Part shown: positions 26,116 through 36,900 of the stretch, one piece after another
How the letters are laid out: each line of letters opens with the position of its first letter
How positions within the stretch are numbered: the stretch's first letter is position 1
DNA from: a virus
Taxonomy: Duplodnaviria > Heunggongvirae > Uroviricota > Caudoviricetes
Virus record (IMG/VR): IMGVR_UViG_2630968766_000008
Span: 1 to 38,909 of that record
Direction: 5' to 3' (one strand)
DNA length: 38,909 bases
Notes under the pieces: model-generated
Told to the model about the DNA's origin: nothing
The model's input: only the letters and a program-made list of their open reading frames with translations
Database searches by the model: none
Translations under genes and position numbers: made by a program

Positions 26116-26456
26116 GAGAGACCACACTGTATTCACTGCTGTCTCAGTTGGCCGGAGGACAGGTTTATCCTTATGTGGTCCCGCTGACGGAGGGAAAGCC
26201 TGCGGTATCTCCGCCATGGCTGGTGTTTTCTGTGGTGTCTGACACGGCATCTGATGTGCTTGATGGTCAGGCTGAATCCAGAATTACCGTGCAGATCGAT
26301 GTCTGGGCAACAGTACCTGATGACGCAGATGATATCCGTGAGCAGGCGCTTGATGCGGTAAGGCAACTTGCACCCTCCGTTATTTCTAAAACTCAGGGTT
26401 ATGATCCTGATTCCCGTCTGAGCAGAGCCACGCTTGAATTTCAGGTAATAGCCTGA
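26112..26456 (+). CDS. Tail completion / tail terminator protein
   Basis: 114-aa ORF immediately before major tail protein gene. Confidence 0.6.
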   Translation: MRETTLYSLLSQLAGGQVYPYVVPLTEGKPAVSPPWLVFSVVSDTASDVLDGQAESRITVQIDVWATVPDDADDIREQALDAVRQLAPSVISKTQGYDPDSRLSRATLEFQVIA

Positions 26457-26475
26457 GATCGTTAATGATTTTACC

Positions 26476-26500
26476 CACCCGCCGCTGGCGGGTTTTTTTA
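26476..26500 (+). terminator. Hairpin terminator/attenuator
   Basis: CCCGCCGCTGGCGGGTTTTTTTATTTT. Confidence 0.5.
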
Positions 26501-26516
26501 TTTTCAGGAGACGAGT

Positions 26517-27221
26517 ATGTCCTCTAATTTTGAACGTTCTCAGCAGACCAAAGTCATGATCTCGTCTGCGCCGGTAACGGCAGAAACGCTGAGTTCTGCC
26601 AGTTTTCTTGAACTGAGCTGTACGATTAAAGAGGTGCAGTTTACCGCAGGACAAAAGCAGGATATTGATGTCACCACGCTGTGTTCTGTTGAGCAGGAAA
26701 ATATTAACGGCCTTGGTGCCGCGTCAGAGATTTCCATGTCAGGCAACTTTTACCTCAATGCTGCCCAGAACGCGTTGCGCAGTGCCTATGACAATGACAC
26801 CACGTATGGCTTTAAAGTTATTTTTCCGTCAGGCAACGGATTTACCTTTATGGCAGAGGTGCGTCAGCATACCTGGTCTGCAGGAACCAATGGTGTTGTG
26901 GCTGCAACGTTTTCCCTGCGTCTGAAAGGTAAACCTGTGCTGACGACAGAGCCGCTAAAAGTGAAGGTCGATTTAAACAGCACGCTGCAGGTTTCTGCCG
27001 GAGCGAAACTTGAAATGGCGGTTGAGGCTGCCGGTGGTGTGCCGCCTTATTCTTATGTCTGGAAGAAAGGTGGTTCTCCTGTTTCCGGACAGACGGCGGC
27101 AACGTTCAGTAAGGCATCCGCAGTATCCGGTGATGCGGGTGCATATACCTGCGAGATTTCTGATTCAGCAAGCCCGGTTAACAAGGTGACCTCCACTTCC
27201 TGCACTGTTACCGTCAGTTAA
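26517..27221 (+). CDS. V: Major tail protein V with C-terminal Ig-like domain
   Basis: 234-aa; C-terminal ~80 aa resemble a bacterial Ig-like decoration domain as in lambda gpV; followed by G/GT. Confidence 0.85.
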   Translation: MSSNFERSQQTKVMISSAPVTAETLSSASFLELSCTIKEVQFTAGQKQDIDVTTLCSVEQENINGLGAASEISMSGNFYLNAAQNALRSAYDNDTTYGFKVIFPSGNGFTFMAEVRQHTWSAGTNGVVAATFSLRLKGKPVLTTEPLKVKVDLNSTLQVSAGAKLEMAVEAAGGVPPYSYVWKKGGSPVSGQTAATFSKASAVSGDAGAYTCEISDSASPVNKVTSTSCTVTVS

Positions 27222-27607
27222 TGAGGATAGATGTGATGACTAAAAATATCCGTAATCTGGCACTGGCAACGATGTCGGGGTTTCGCCATAAAACTGTTGA
27301 TGTGCCTGAATGGGAAGGGGCAACGGTTGTATTACGGGAACCTTCTGCAGAAGCCTGGTTGCGCTGGCAGGAGATCGTTAAAGCAAAAGATGATGAGACA
27401 CCGTTATCCGTTGCGGAGCGCGCCCGCCGAAATCTGGAGGCAGATGTTGAACTGTTCATTGATGTTCTGTGTGATACCGGACTGCAACCTGTATTTTCAG
27501 AGGATGATCGTGAACAGGTGATTGCCGTGTATGGCCCGGTGCATGCGCGGCTTCTTCGGCAGTCTCTGGAACTGATCAGTGATGCCGGTGAGGTTAAAAA
27601 AAAGTAG
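27221..27607 (+). CDS. G: Tail assembly chaperone G
   Basis: 128-aa ORF ending ...GEVKKK* at an A-rich slippery run. Confidence 0.8.
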   Translation: MRIDVMTKNIRNLALATMSGFRHKTVDVPEWEGATVVLREPSAEAWLRWQEIVKAKDDETPLSVAERARRNLEADVELFIDVLCDTGLQPVFSEDDREQVIAVYGPVHARLLRQSLELISDAGEVKKK

Positions 27608-27909
27608 CGCTTCCGGGGATGCGTTTTCTGATGATGCTGGCGCTCAGGATGGGGCGCACATTGTCAGAGTTACGCCGGGAAATGTCTGCATCAGAAATCA
27701 TGATGTGGGCAGAATTTGACAGGTTCAGCCCGCTGGGTGACGAGCGGGCTGATATCCGGGCTGCCCAGATAGTTTCAGCTGTTTACGGTGCGCAGGGGGT
27801 CAAAGTGCCACTGAATGATGCGCTTCTTCAGTGGGAGAAGGAGCAGACAGAAGGCACCTCAGATCCATTTGCTGAGATTGAGAAGGCATTATTTGTTGCA
27901 GCTCGATGA
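27221..27909 (+). CDS. GT: Tail assembly chaperone GT fusion, made by -1 programmed ribosomal frameshift at A AAA AAG (27598-27604)
   Basis: The -1 frame is open from the slippery heptamer to 27909 (VALPGMRFLMMLAL...); conserved G/GT architecture upstream of the tape measure gene. Confidence 0.7.
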
Positions 27910-27966
27910 TCTTTTCACTTGACTGGATTATTATTCCCATTTTATTGAGAAAGTAAGGAAACATTG

Positions 27967-28308
27967 ATGGAATTTTTACTTATTTCAATAGTTTTGGGAC
28001 TAATTCCAGCTATTATTGCGAAAAGCAAAGGTCGCTCATTTTTAGGATGGTGGGTATATGGTGCGATGATCTTTATTGTTGCTCTGGTTCATTCGCTAGT
28101 AATCCAAAGAGATGAGAAGGCACATGAACAACAAATGGTAAGCAATGGCATGAAGAAATGCCCTTACTGTGCGGAGTTGATCAAAGAAGAGGCTATTAAA
28201 TGTAAGCATTGCGGTAGTGATTTAATTTGCAATGCAGATAGTTCCGTTTCACAAAAAACGGATGATGAATATCTTCAGGAAGCAAGGCGTAAGGCCGGAC
28301 TTCTTTAA
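27967..28308 (+). CDS. Membrane-anchored zinc-ribbon protein (moron between GT and tape measure)
   Basis: ATG 27967 after AGGAAA; two hydrophobic helices then CPYC...CKHCG zinc ribbon; AT-rich; own putative promoter (TTGACT 27918) and terminator. Confidence 0.55.
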   Translation: MEFLLISIVLGLIPAIIAKSKGRSFLGWWVYGAMIFIVALVHSLVIQRDEKAHEQQMVSNGMKKCPYCAELIKEEAIKCKHCGSDLICNADSSVSQKTDDEYLQEARRKAGLL

Positions 28309-28318
28309 AGAATACAAA

Positions 28319-28340
28319 AACCGCTTCGGCGGTTTTTTTT
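28319..28340 (+). terminator. Rho-independent terminator after the moron
   Basis: AAAACCGCTTCGGCGGTTTTTTTT. Confidence 0.6.
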
Positions 28341-28350
28341 CGTCCGGAGA

Positions 28351-31300
28351 ATGAGTGTGGCGACATTACGTGAACTGATTATTAAAATCTCGGCAAATTC
28401 CCGGTCATTCCAGTCAGAGATCTCCCGGGCTTCGCGTATGGGGCAGGATTACTACCGTACCATGCAGAACGGAGGCCGGCAGTCCGCTGCTGCATCCCGT
28501 GAAATGCGGCGTGCACTGGCAGAAGTGACGGATCAGATAAATACAGCTAAATCTTCGGCACTGAATATGGCGGGGGCATTTGCCGGAGCTTTTGCTACCG
28601 GTCATCTTATTTCTCTCGCCGATGAGTGGAATTCAGTAAATGCCCGTCTGAAGCAGGCTTCACAGTCCAGTGATGATTTTCAGGTATCACAACGTGAATT
28701 AATGGCAATCAGCCAGAGAACGGGAACGGCGTTTTCTGATAACGCCAGCCTTTTTGCCCGCTCTGCAGCTTCCATGCGGGAGTATGGCTACAGTTCTGAG
28801 GAGGTACTGAAAGTCACCGAGGCGATCTCCACGGGCCTGAAATTATCCGGTGCCAGTACAGCAGAAGCCAGTTCGGTGATCACGCAGTTCAGTCAGGCAC
28901 TGGCGCAGGGAGTGCTGCGCGGTGAAGAATTTAACTCTGTGAATGAGAACGGCGATCGTGTTATTCGTGCGCTGGCTGCGGGAATGGGTGTTGCCCGTAA
29001 AGATCTGAAGGCCATGGCGGATAACGGAAAACTGACCGCCGATAAGGTTGTTCCTGCACTGATTAGTCAGCTTGGGGCGTTGCGTGATGAATATGCAGCA
29101 ATGCCTGATACTGTTTCATCCTCTGCAACCAAAGTTGAAAACGCCTTTATGGCCTGGGTTGGTGGTGCGAACGAGGCAAGCGGAGTGACAAAGACACTCA
29201 CCGGGGTGTTGAATGGTGTTGCAGACAATATTGATACCGTGGCTGCTGCAGCTGGCGCACTGGTTGCCGTCGGGGTAGCCCGATATTTTGGCAATATGGC
29301 GTCGTCTGCTGGATCTGCAACTGCCGGATTAATTACTGCAGCCAGAAACGAAGTGGCTCTTGCTGAAGCGCAACTTCGGGGGACACAGATAGCAACCGCC
29401 AGGGCGCGTGCGGCGGTTTATCGTGCGCAACAGGCGGTTGTTGCTGCTCGCGGTACCGAAAGGCAGGCCGCAGCAGAAGCGAAGCTGACAGCTGCCCAGG
29501 CGTCACTTACCCGTAATATTGTGGCCAGAACAGCAGCACAGACAACGCTGAATAATGTTACGTCAGTGGGGAGCCGTTTGTTAAGTGGTGCGCTGGGGCT
29601 GGTTGGGGGTGTGCCGGGGCTTGTCATGCTGGGGGCCGCGGCCTGGTACACGATGTATCAGAATCAGGAGCAGGCCAGAGAATCAGCACGCCAGTATGCC
29701 GCAACAATCGACGAAATTCGCCAGAAAACGTCGGCAATGTCGCTTCCTGAAACGTCAGATAATGAAGAAAAGACGCGGCAGGCACTTGATGAGCAAAACA
29801 GGTTAATTGACGAGCAGAAAAGTAAGATTAAATCCTTACAGGAAAAAATTGCTGGCTATCAGTATGTGCTGGCAAACCCGGGCTGGACAACCGATAACGG
29901 TTTTATGATTAACCATATGACGTCGGTGAAAACTGTCACAGAAGGGCTTGCAGAAGCAACAAATCAACTGGCAGTTGAACAGTCTCGCCTCACTCAAATG
30001 CAGGGCAAAGCGCAATCTATTCAGGATGTGCTTGCCGGGCTGGAGGAGCGACGGGTGGCGTTGATCCGTCAACAGGCGGCGGAACAAAACAAAGCGTATC
30101 AGTCCCTGTTGATCATGAATGGGCAGCATACCGAGTTTAATCGTCTTCTCGGGCTTGGTAATGAATTACTTCAGCAGCGACAGGGGCTGGTGAATGCACC
30201 ATTACGGCTACCACAGGCAACCCTGGATGATAAACAGCAGACCGCACTGAATAACAGCGAGCGCGAACTGGCTCTGTCCCGCCTGAAGGGGGAAGCCCGT
30301 GAGCGTGCCCGACTGGGTTATGCTGCGGATGATCTCGGCTTTGTGGGAGAGGCGTATCAGACAGCCAGACAGAATTATATCAATAACTCACTGGATGCCT
30401 GGCGAAATAACCAGGCAAATAAACCCAAAGCGCATAAAAAGACCGAAGCGGAAAAAACAGAAGATATTTATAAACGGCTGATTAAACAGCAAAAAGAACA
30501 AATAGCACTGGCAGGGCAGAATACTGAACTGGCTAAGATGAAATATCAGGTCAGTCAGGGCGAATTATCAACCCTGTCAGAAGCGCAGAAAAAAACGCTT
30601 TTACAGAATGCGGCACTCATCGACCAGAAAAAGATTCGTGAGCAGCTTGCCGCGTATGAAAGCAGTCTGGCGGACAGTAATGCCAGCGCCCGGGCATCTG
30701 ACGACGCGCAGTTGCTGGGATATGGTGAAGGCTCACGGATGCGTGAACGACTCCAGGAAATGTGGAGTATCCGGCAGGCGTTTGAGCAGAAAAATAACGA
30801 GCTGCTGAGACAGTATCAGGCCGGAGAAATTGAAGAAGCCCTGTGGAAACAGGAGAAAGAACTGAATAAAAAATATCTGGAAGAGCGTCTCAGCGATCAG
30901 CAGGATTATTATGCAAAGGCTGATGCTTTACGCAGTAACTGGAATGCCGGACTCCAGGAGGGGCTGACGAACTGGGCAGACAGTGCCACTGATTATGCTT
31001 CGCAGGCGGCAGATGCTGTCGTTTCCACTATGGACGGGCTGGTATCAAATATTTCCGATGCACTGGCCGGAAATGTTGTGGACTGGAGAAACTGGGGGAG
31101 TTCAATTCTCCAGGAAGTTTCAAAAATTCTGATGAACGCTGCCATCGTTAACGGGCTGAAGTCACTTTCCAAAAGCATGTCCGGTGCCGGAGGATGGCTT
31201 GGTACAGTCGGCGACTGGCTGTCCGGTGCAGTGGCAAACGCAAAAGGTGGTGTTTATACATCGGCAAATCTGAGTGCTTACAGTAACACTATTGTGGATA

Positions 31301-31596
31301 CACCGACGTATTTTGCTTTTGCGAAAGGTGCCGGGTTGATGGGCGAGGCCGGGCCTGAAGCAATCATGCCACTGACACGGGCAGCGGACGGCTCTCTTGG
31401 GGTCAGGGCCATTGGAAATGTGAATGGTGGCGGTGGATTTGTTTATTCTCCCGTGTATCACATCAGCATTCAGAATCAAGGGAGCAATGGCGAGATAGAT
31501 GCGCGCTCAGCCAGGGGACTGGTGGATCTGATCGACAGCAGGGTTGTGTCAATTATGCAGTCATCACGTCGGGACGGAGGATTATGCAGTGCCTGA
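28351..31596 (+). CDS. H: Tail tape measure protein (lambda H-like)
   Basis: 1081-aa, Ala/Gln-rich coiled-coil protein in the canonical position between GT and M. Confidence 0.9.
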   Translation: MSVATLRELIIKISANSRSFQSEISRASRMGQDYYRTMQNGGRQSAAASREMRRALAEVTDQINTAKSSALNMAGAFAGAFATGHLISLADEWNSVNARLKQASQSSDDFQVSQRELMAISQRTGTAFSDNASLFARSAASMREYGYSSEEVLKVTEAISTGLKLSGASTAEASSVITQFSQALAQGVLRGEEFNSVNENGDRVIRALAAGMGVARKDLKAMADNGKLTADKVVPALISQLGALRDEYAAMPDTVSSSATKVENAFMAWVGGANEASGVTKTLTGVLNGVADNIDTVAAAAGALVAVGVARYFGNMASSAGSATAGLITAARNEVALAEAQLRGTQIATARARAAVYRAQQAVVAARGTERQAAAEAKLTAAQASLTRNIVARTAAQTTLNNVTSVGSRLLSGALGLVGGVPGLVMLGAAAWYTMYQNQEQARESARQYAATIDEIRQKTSAMSLPETSDNEEKTRQALDEQNRLIDEQKSKIKSLQEKIAGYQYVLANPGWTTDNGFMINHMTSVKTVTEGLAEATNQLAVEQSRLTQMQGKAQSIQDVLAGLEERRVALIRQQAAEQNKAYQSLLIMNGQHTEFNRLLGLGNELLQQRQGLVNAPLRLPQATLDDKQQTALNNSERELALSRLKGEARERARLGYAADDLGFVGEAYQTARQNYINNSLDAWRNNQANKPKAHKKTEAEKTEDIYKRLIKQQKEQIALAGQNTELAKMKYQVSQGELSTLSEAQKKTLLQNAALIDQKKIREQLAAYESSLADSNASARASDDAQLLGYGEGSRMRERLQEMWSIRQAFEQKNNELLRQYQAGEIEEALWKQEKELNKKYLEERLSDQQDYYAKADALRSNWNAGLQEGLTNWADSATDYASQAADAVVSTMDGLVSNISDALAGNVVDWRNWGSSILQEVSKILMNAAIVNGLKSLSKSMSGAGGWLGTVGDWLSGAVANAKGGVYTSANLSAYSNTIVDTPTYFAFAKGAGLMGEAGPEAIMPLTRAADGSLGVRAIGNVNGGGGFVYSPVYHISIQNQGSNGEIDARSARGLVDLIDSRVVSIMQSSRRDGGLCSA

Positions 31597-31930
31597 GTCT
31601 GAAGTTTTTAACTGGATCCCCCGCGAGGGGATGGAGACGACACGAAAGCCATCTGTTATTACGGTAAAGTTCGGTGACGGATATGAACAGCGACGGGCTG
31701 GTGGTCTGAATGCAGATCTGAAAACGTTTAAACCGGTATTTCGTGTCACGGATGAATATTCCCGTGCCGCGCTGGACAGTTTTTTATCCCGTCATGCCGG
31801 GGTTCGTGCTTTTTTGTGGCGTCCGCCAAAACACAACAGGACTGTCCGGGTTGTCTGCAGGGAGTGGAGCATTTCGGATAATGCCATGTATACCGATTTT
31901 AACTGTACCTTTGAAGAGGTCACTCACTGA
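31589..31930 (+). CDS. M: Minor tail protein M
   Basis: GTG 31589 after GGAGGA; ...VKFGDGYEQRRAGGLNADLKTF...FLWRPP... matches lambda M (VRFGDGYSQRAPAGLNANLKTY...FLWTPP). Confidence 0.8.
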   Translation: MPESEVFNWIPREGMETTRKPSVITVKFGDGYEQRRAGGLNADLKTFKPVFRVTDEYSRAALDSFLSRHAGVRAFLWRPPKHNRTVRVVCREWSISDNAMYTDFNCTFEEVTH

Positions 31931-32628
31931 TGCAGGATATACAGCAGGAAACACTCAATGAGTGCACTAAAACGGAGCAATCCGCGCTGGTCGTGCTCTG
32001 GGAAATTGATCTGACAGAGGTCGGCGGAGATCGTTATTTCTTCTGTAATGAGCAGAACGAAAAAGGTGAACCAGTCACCTGGCAGGGGCGGCAGTATCAG
32101 GCCTATCCCATTCAGGGAAGTGGATTTGAGATGAACGGCAAAGGAGCCAGTGCAAGGCCAACGCTGAAAGTCTCTAATCTGCACGGCATGGTCACCGGGA
32201 TGGCGGAAGACCTGCAGAGTCTGGTCGGCGGAACGGTGGTCAGGCGTAAGGTTTACGCCCGTTTTCTGGATGTGGTGAACTTCGTCAACGGAAACAGCGA
32301 AGCCGATCCGGAGCAGGAGGTGATCAGCCGCTGGCGCATCGAGCAGTGCAGCGAACTGAGCGCGGTGAGTGCCTCTTTTGTACTGTCCACGCCGACGGAA
32401 ACGGATGGTGCTGTTTTTCCGGGACGTACCATGCTGGCCAACACCTGCACCTGGACCTATCGCGGTGATGAGTGCGGTTATCACGGTCCGGCGGTTGCGG
32501 ATGAATATGACCAGCCGACGTCCGATATCACGAAGGATAAATGCAGCAAATGCCTGAGTGGTTGTAAGTTCCGCAATAACGTCGGCAACTTTGGCGGCTT
32601 CCTTTCCATTAACAAACTTTCGCAGTAA
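31930..32628 (+). CDS. L: Minor tail protein L
   Basis: 232-aa, near-identical to lambda L as recalled (MQDI.QETLNECT...CSKCLSGCKFRNNVGNFGGFLSINKLSQ). Confidence 0.9.
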   Translation: MQDIQQETLNECTKTEQSALVVLWEIDLTEVGGDRYFFCNEQNEKGEPVTWQGRQYQAYPIQGSGFEMNGKGASARPTLKVSNLHGMVTGMAEDLQSLVGGTVVRRKVYARFLDVVNFVNGNSEADPEQEVISRWRIEQCSELSAVSASFVLSTPTETDGAVFPGRTMLANTCTWTYRGDECGYHGPAVADEYDQPTSDITKDKCSKCLSGCKFRNNVGNFGGFLSINKLSQ

Positions 32629-32633
32629 ATCCC

Positions 32634-33377
32634 ATGACAGAGACAGAATCAGCGATTCTGGCGCACGCCCGGCGATGTGCGCCAGCGGAGTCGTGCGGCT
32701 TCGTGGTGAGAACGCCGGAAGGGGAAAGATATTTTCCCTGCGTGAATATCTCCGGTGAGCCGGAGGATTATTTCCGGATGTCGCCTGAGGACTGGCTGCA
32801 GGCAGAGATGCAGGGTGAGATTGTGGCGCTGGTCCACAGCCACCCCGGTGGTCTGCCCTGGCTGAGTGAGGCTGACCGGCGGCTGCAGGTGCAGAGTGAT
32901 TTGCCGTGGTGGCTGGTCTGCCGGGGTGAGATTCATAAATTCCGCTGTGTGCCGCATCTCACCGGGCGGCGCTTTGAGCACGGGGTGACGGACTGTTACA
33001 CGCTGTTCCGGGATGCTTACCATCTGGCGGGGATTGAGATGCCGGATTTTCATCGTGAGGATGACTGGTGGCGTCACGGTCAGAATCTCTATCTGGATAA
33101 TCTGGAGGCAACTGGGCTATATCAGGTGCCGTTGTCAGCGGCGCAGCCGGGCGATGTGCTGCTGTGCTGTTTTGGTTCATCGGTGCCGAATCATGCCGCT
33201 ATTTACTGCGGCGACGGCGAGCTGCTGAACCATATTCCTGAACAACTGAGCAAACGAGAGAGGTATACCGACAAATGGCAGCGACGCACACACTCCCTCT
33301 GGCGTCACCGGGCATGGCACGCATCTGCCTTTACGGGGATTTGCAACGATTTGGCCGCCGCATCGACCTTCGTGTGA
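32634..33377 (+). CDS. K: Tail tip assembly protein K (MPN/JAB plus NlpC/P60-like domains)
   Basis: MTETESAILAHARRCAPAESCGFVV...HSHPGG (JAB-type motif) and C-terminal Cys/His peptidase-like region; lambda K-like. Confidence 0.85.
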   Translation: MTETESAILAHARRCAPAESCGFVVRTPEGERYFPCVNISGEPEDYFRMSPEDWLQAEMQGEIVALVHSHPGGLPWLSEADRRLQVQSDLPWWLVCRGEIHKFRCVPHLTGRRFEHGVTDCYTLFRDAYHLAGIEMPDFHREDDWWRHGQNLYLDNLEATGLYQVPLSAAQPGDVLLCCFGSSVPNHAAIYCGDGELLNHIPEQLSKRERYTDKWQRRTHSLWRHRAWHASAFTGICNDLAAASTFV

Positions 33378-33922
33378 AAACGGGGGCCGAAGCCATCCGG
33401 GCGCTGGCCACACAGCTCCCGGCGTTTCGTCAGAAACTGAATGAGGGCTGGTATCAGGTGCGCATTGCCGGGCGTGATGCAGGCGAAAATGAATTATCTG
33501 CCCGTCTTAATGAGCCGCTGGCAAATGGTGCCGTGATCCACATCGTGCCGCGTCTGGCGGGAGCTAAAAGTGGCGGTGTGTTTCAGGTGGTGCTTGGGGC
33601 GGCGCTGATTGCGGTGGCATGGTGGAATCCTGTGAGTTGGCTGGGTGCCGCGGCTGTATCGGGCATGTATGCGGCAGGGGCCAGTATGATCCTGGGCGGA
33701 GTGGCGCAGATGCTGGCACCGAAAGCCAGGACGCCCACGGCAGCCAGTACAGATAACGGCAAACAGAACACGTATTTCTCCTCACTGGATAACATGGTTG
33801 CCCAGGGCAATGTTCTGCCGGTTCTGTACGGGGAAATGCGCGTGGGGTCACGCGTGGTTTCTCAGGAGATCAGCACGGCAGACGAAGGGGACGGTGGTCA
33901 GGTTGTGGTGATTGGTCGCTGA
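33275..33922 (+). CDS. I: Tail assembly protein I
   Basis: 215-aa, ubiquitin-like N-terminus and hydrophobic C-terminal half; ends ...TADEGDGGQVVVIGR; start may lie a little downstream, since 33275 overlaps K by 103 nt. Confidence 0.8.
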   Translation: MAATHTLPLASPGMARICLYGDLQRFGRRIDLRVKTGAEAIRALATQLPAFRQKLNEGWYQVRIAGRDAGENELSARLNEPLANGAVIHIVPRLAGAKSGGVFQVVLGAALIAVAWWNPVSWLGAAAVSGMYAAGASMILGGVAQMLAPKARTPTAASTDNGKQNTYFSSLDNMVAQGNVLPVLYGEMRVGSRVVSQEISTADEGDGGQVVVIGR

Positions 33923-33940
33923 TGCAAAATGTTTTATGTG

Positions 33941-33968
33941 AAACCGCCTGCGGGCGGTTTTGTCGTTT
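33941..33968 (+). terminator. Hairpin between I and J
   Basis: AAACCGCCTGCGGGCGGTTTTGTCGTTT. Confidence 0.4.
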
Positions 33969-33982
33969 ATGGAGCGTGAGGA

Positions 33983-36900
33983 ATGGGTAAAGGCAGCAGT
34001 AAGGGGCATACCCCGCGCGAAGCGAAGGACAACCTGAAATCATCCCAGATGCTGAGCGTGATAGACGCCATCAGTGAAGGGCCGATTGAAGGTCCGGTGG
34101 ACGGATTAAAAAGTGTGCTGCTGAACAGTACGCCAGTGCTGGACAGTGAGGGGAATACCAATATCTCCGGTGTCACGGTGGTGTTCCGGGCCGGTGAGCA
34201 GGAGCAGACACCGCCGGAGGGATTTGAATCCTCCGGCTCCGAGACGGTGCTGGGTACGGAAGTGAAGTACGACACGCCGATTACCCGGACCATCACGTCG
34301 GCAAACATCGACCGTCTGCGCTTTACCTTCGGTGTGCAGGCACTGGTGGAAACCACCTCAAAGGGTGACAGGAATCCGTCGGAAGTCCGTCTGCTGGTTC
34401 AGATACAGCGTAACGGTGGCTGGGTGACGGAAAAAGACATCACCATTAAGGGCAAAACCACCTCGCAGTATCTGGCCTCGGTGATGGTGGATAACCTGCC
34501 TCCGCGCCCGTTCAATATCCGGATGCGCAGGATGACACCGGACAGCACTACAGACCAGCTGCAGAACAAAACGCTCTGGTCGTCATACACCGAAATCATC
34601 GATGTGAAACAGTGCTACCCGAACACGGCACTGGTCGGCGTACAGGTGGACTCGGAGCAGTTCGGCAGCCAGCAGGTGAGTCGTAATTATCATCTTCGCG
34701 GGCGCATTCTGCAGGTGCCGTCGAACTATAACCCGCAGACGCGACAATACAGCGGTATCTGGGACGGAACGTTTAAGCCAGCATACAGCAATAACATGGC
34801 CTGGTGTCTGTGGGATATGCTGACCCATCCGCGCTACGGCATGGGGAAACGTCTTGGTGCGGCGGATGTGGACAAATGGGCGCTGTATGTCATCGGCCAG
34901 TACTGCGACCAGTCAGTGCCGGACGGCTTTGGCGGCACGGAGCCGCGCATCACCTGTAATGCGTACCTGACCACACAGCGCAAGGCGTGGGATGTGCTCA
35001 GTGATTTCTGCTCGGCGATGCGCTGTATGCCGGTATGGAACGGGCAGACGCTGACGTTCGTGCAGGACCGGCCATCGGATAAGGTGTGGACCTATAACCG
35101 CAGTAATGTGGTGATGCCGGAAGATGGCGCGCCGTTCCGCTACAGCTTCAGCGCCCTGAAGGACCGTCATAATGCCGTTGAGGTGAACTGGATTGACCCG
35201 GACAACGGCTGGGAGACGGCGACAGAGCTTGTTGAAGATACGCAGGCCATTGCCCGTTACGGTCGTAATGTCACGAAGATGGATGCCTTTGGCTGTACCA
35301 GCCGGGGGCAGGCACACCGCGCCGGGCTGTGGCTGATTAAAACGGAACTGCTGGAGACGCAGACCGTGGATTTCAGCGTGGGTGCTGAAGGGCTTCGCCA
35401 TGTACCGGGCGATGTCATTGAAATCTGCGATGATGACTATGCCGGTATCAGCACCGGTGGTCGCGTGCTGGCGGTGAACAGCCAGACCCGGACGCTGACG
35501 CTCGACCGTGAAATCACGCTGCCATCCTCCGGCACCACGCTGATAAGCCTGGTTGACGGTCAGGGTAATCCGGTCAGCGTGGAAGTTAAGTCCGTCACCG
35601 ACGGCGTGAAGGTGAAAGTGAGCCGTGTTCCTGACGGCGTTGCAGAATACAGCGTGTGGGGGCTGAAGCTACCGACGCTGCGCCAGCGCCTGTTCCGCTG
35701 TGTGAGTATCCGTGAGAATGACGACGGTACGTATGCCATCACCGCCGTGCAGCATGTACCGGCAAAAGAGGCCATCGTGGATAACGGGGCGCACTTTGAC
35801 GGCGACCAGAGCGGAACGGTAAACGGTGTCACGCCGCCAGCAGTACAGCACCTGACCGCCGAAGTCACCACAGACAGCGGGGAATATCAGGTGCTGGCGC
35901 GCTGGGACACGCCGAAGGTGGTGAAGGGCGTGAGCTTCCTGCTTCGCCTGACCGTGGCAGCGGATGACGGCAGTGAGCGGCTGGTCAGCACGGCCCGGAC
36001 GACGGAAACCACATACCGCTTCAGGCAACTGGCGCTGGGAAATTACAGGCTGACAGTCCGGGCGGCAAATGCCTGGGGGCAGCAGGGCGATCCGGCATCG
36101 GTATCGTTCCGGATTGCCGCACCGGCAGCGCCGTCGCGGATTGAGCTGACGCCGGGCTATTTTCAGATAACCGCCACGCCGCATCTTGCCGTTTATGACC
36201 CGACGGTACAGTTTGAATTCTGGTTCTCGGAAAAGCGGATTGCGGATATCAGGCAGGTTGAAACCACAGCCCGCTATCTTGGCACGGCGCTGTACTGGAT
36301 AGCTGCCAGTATCAATATCAAACCGGGCCATGATTATTATTTTTATATCCGCAGTGTGAACACCGTTGGCAAATCGGCATTTGTGGAGGCTGTTGGTCAG
36401 CCGAGTGATGATGCGTCCGGCTATCTGGATTTTTTCAAAGGAGAGATAGGGAAAACCCATCTGGCTCAGGAGCTGTGGACGCAGATTGATAACGGTCAGC
36501 TTGCGCCTGACCTGACTGAAATCAGGACGTCCATAACGGATGTCAGCAATGAAATAACACAGACCGTCAATAAGAAACTGGAAGACCAGAGTGCAGCGAT
36601 CCAGCAGATACAGAAGGTTCAGGTTGATACAAATAATAACCTGAACAGCATGTGGGCAGTGAAGCTGCAGCAGATGCAGGACGGACGCCTTTATATTGCG
36701 GGTATCGGTGCCGGTATTGAGAACACCCCCGACGGCATGCAGAGTCAGGTGCTGCTGGCTGCAGACCGGGTGGCATTTATTAACCCGGCGAATGGTAACA
36801 CCACTCCTGCACTGGTCACACAGGGCGGACAGACGTTTATTAATGAGGCGCTGATCAAGTTCCTTATTGCTCCCACGATTACCAGTGGTGGCAATCCTCC

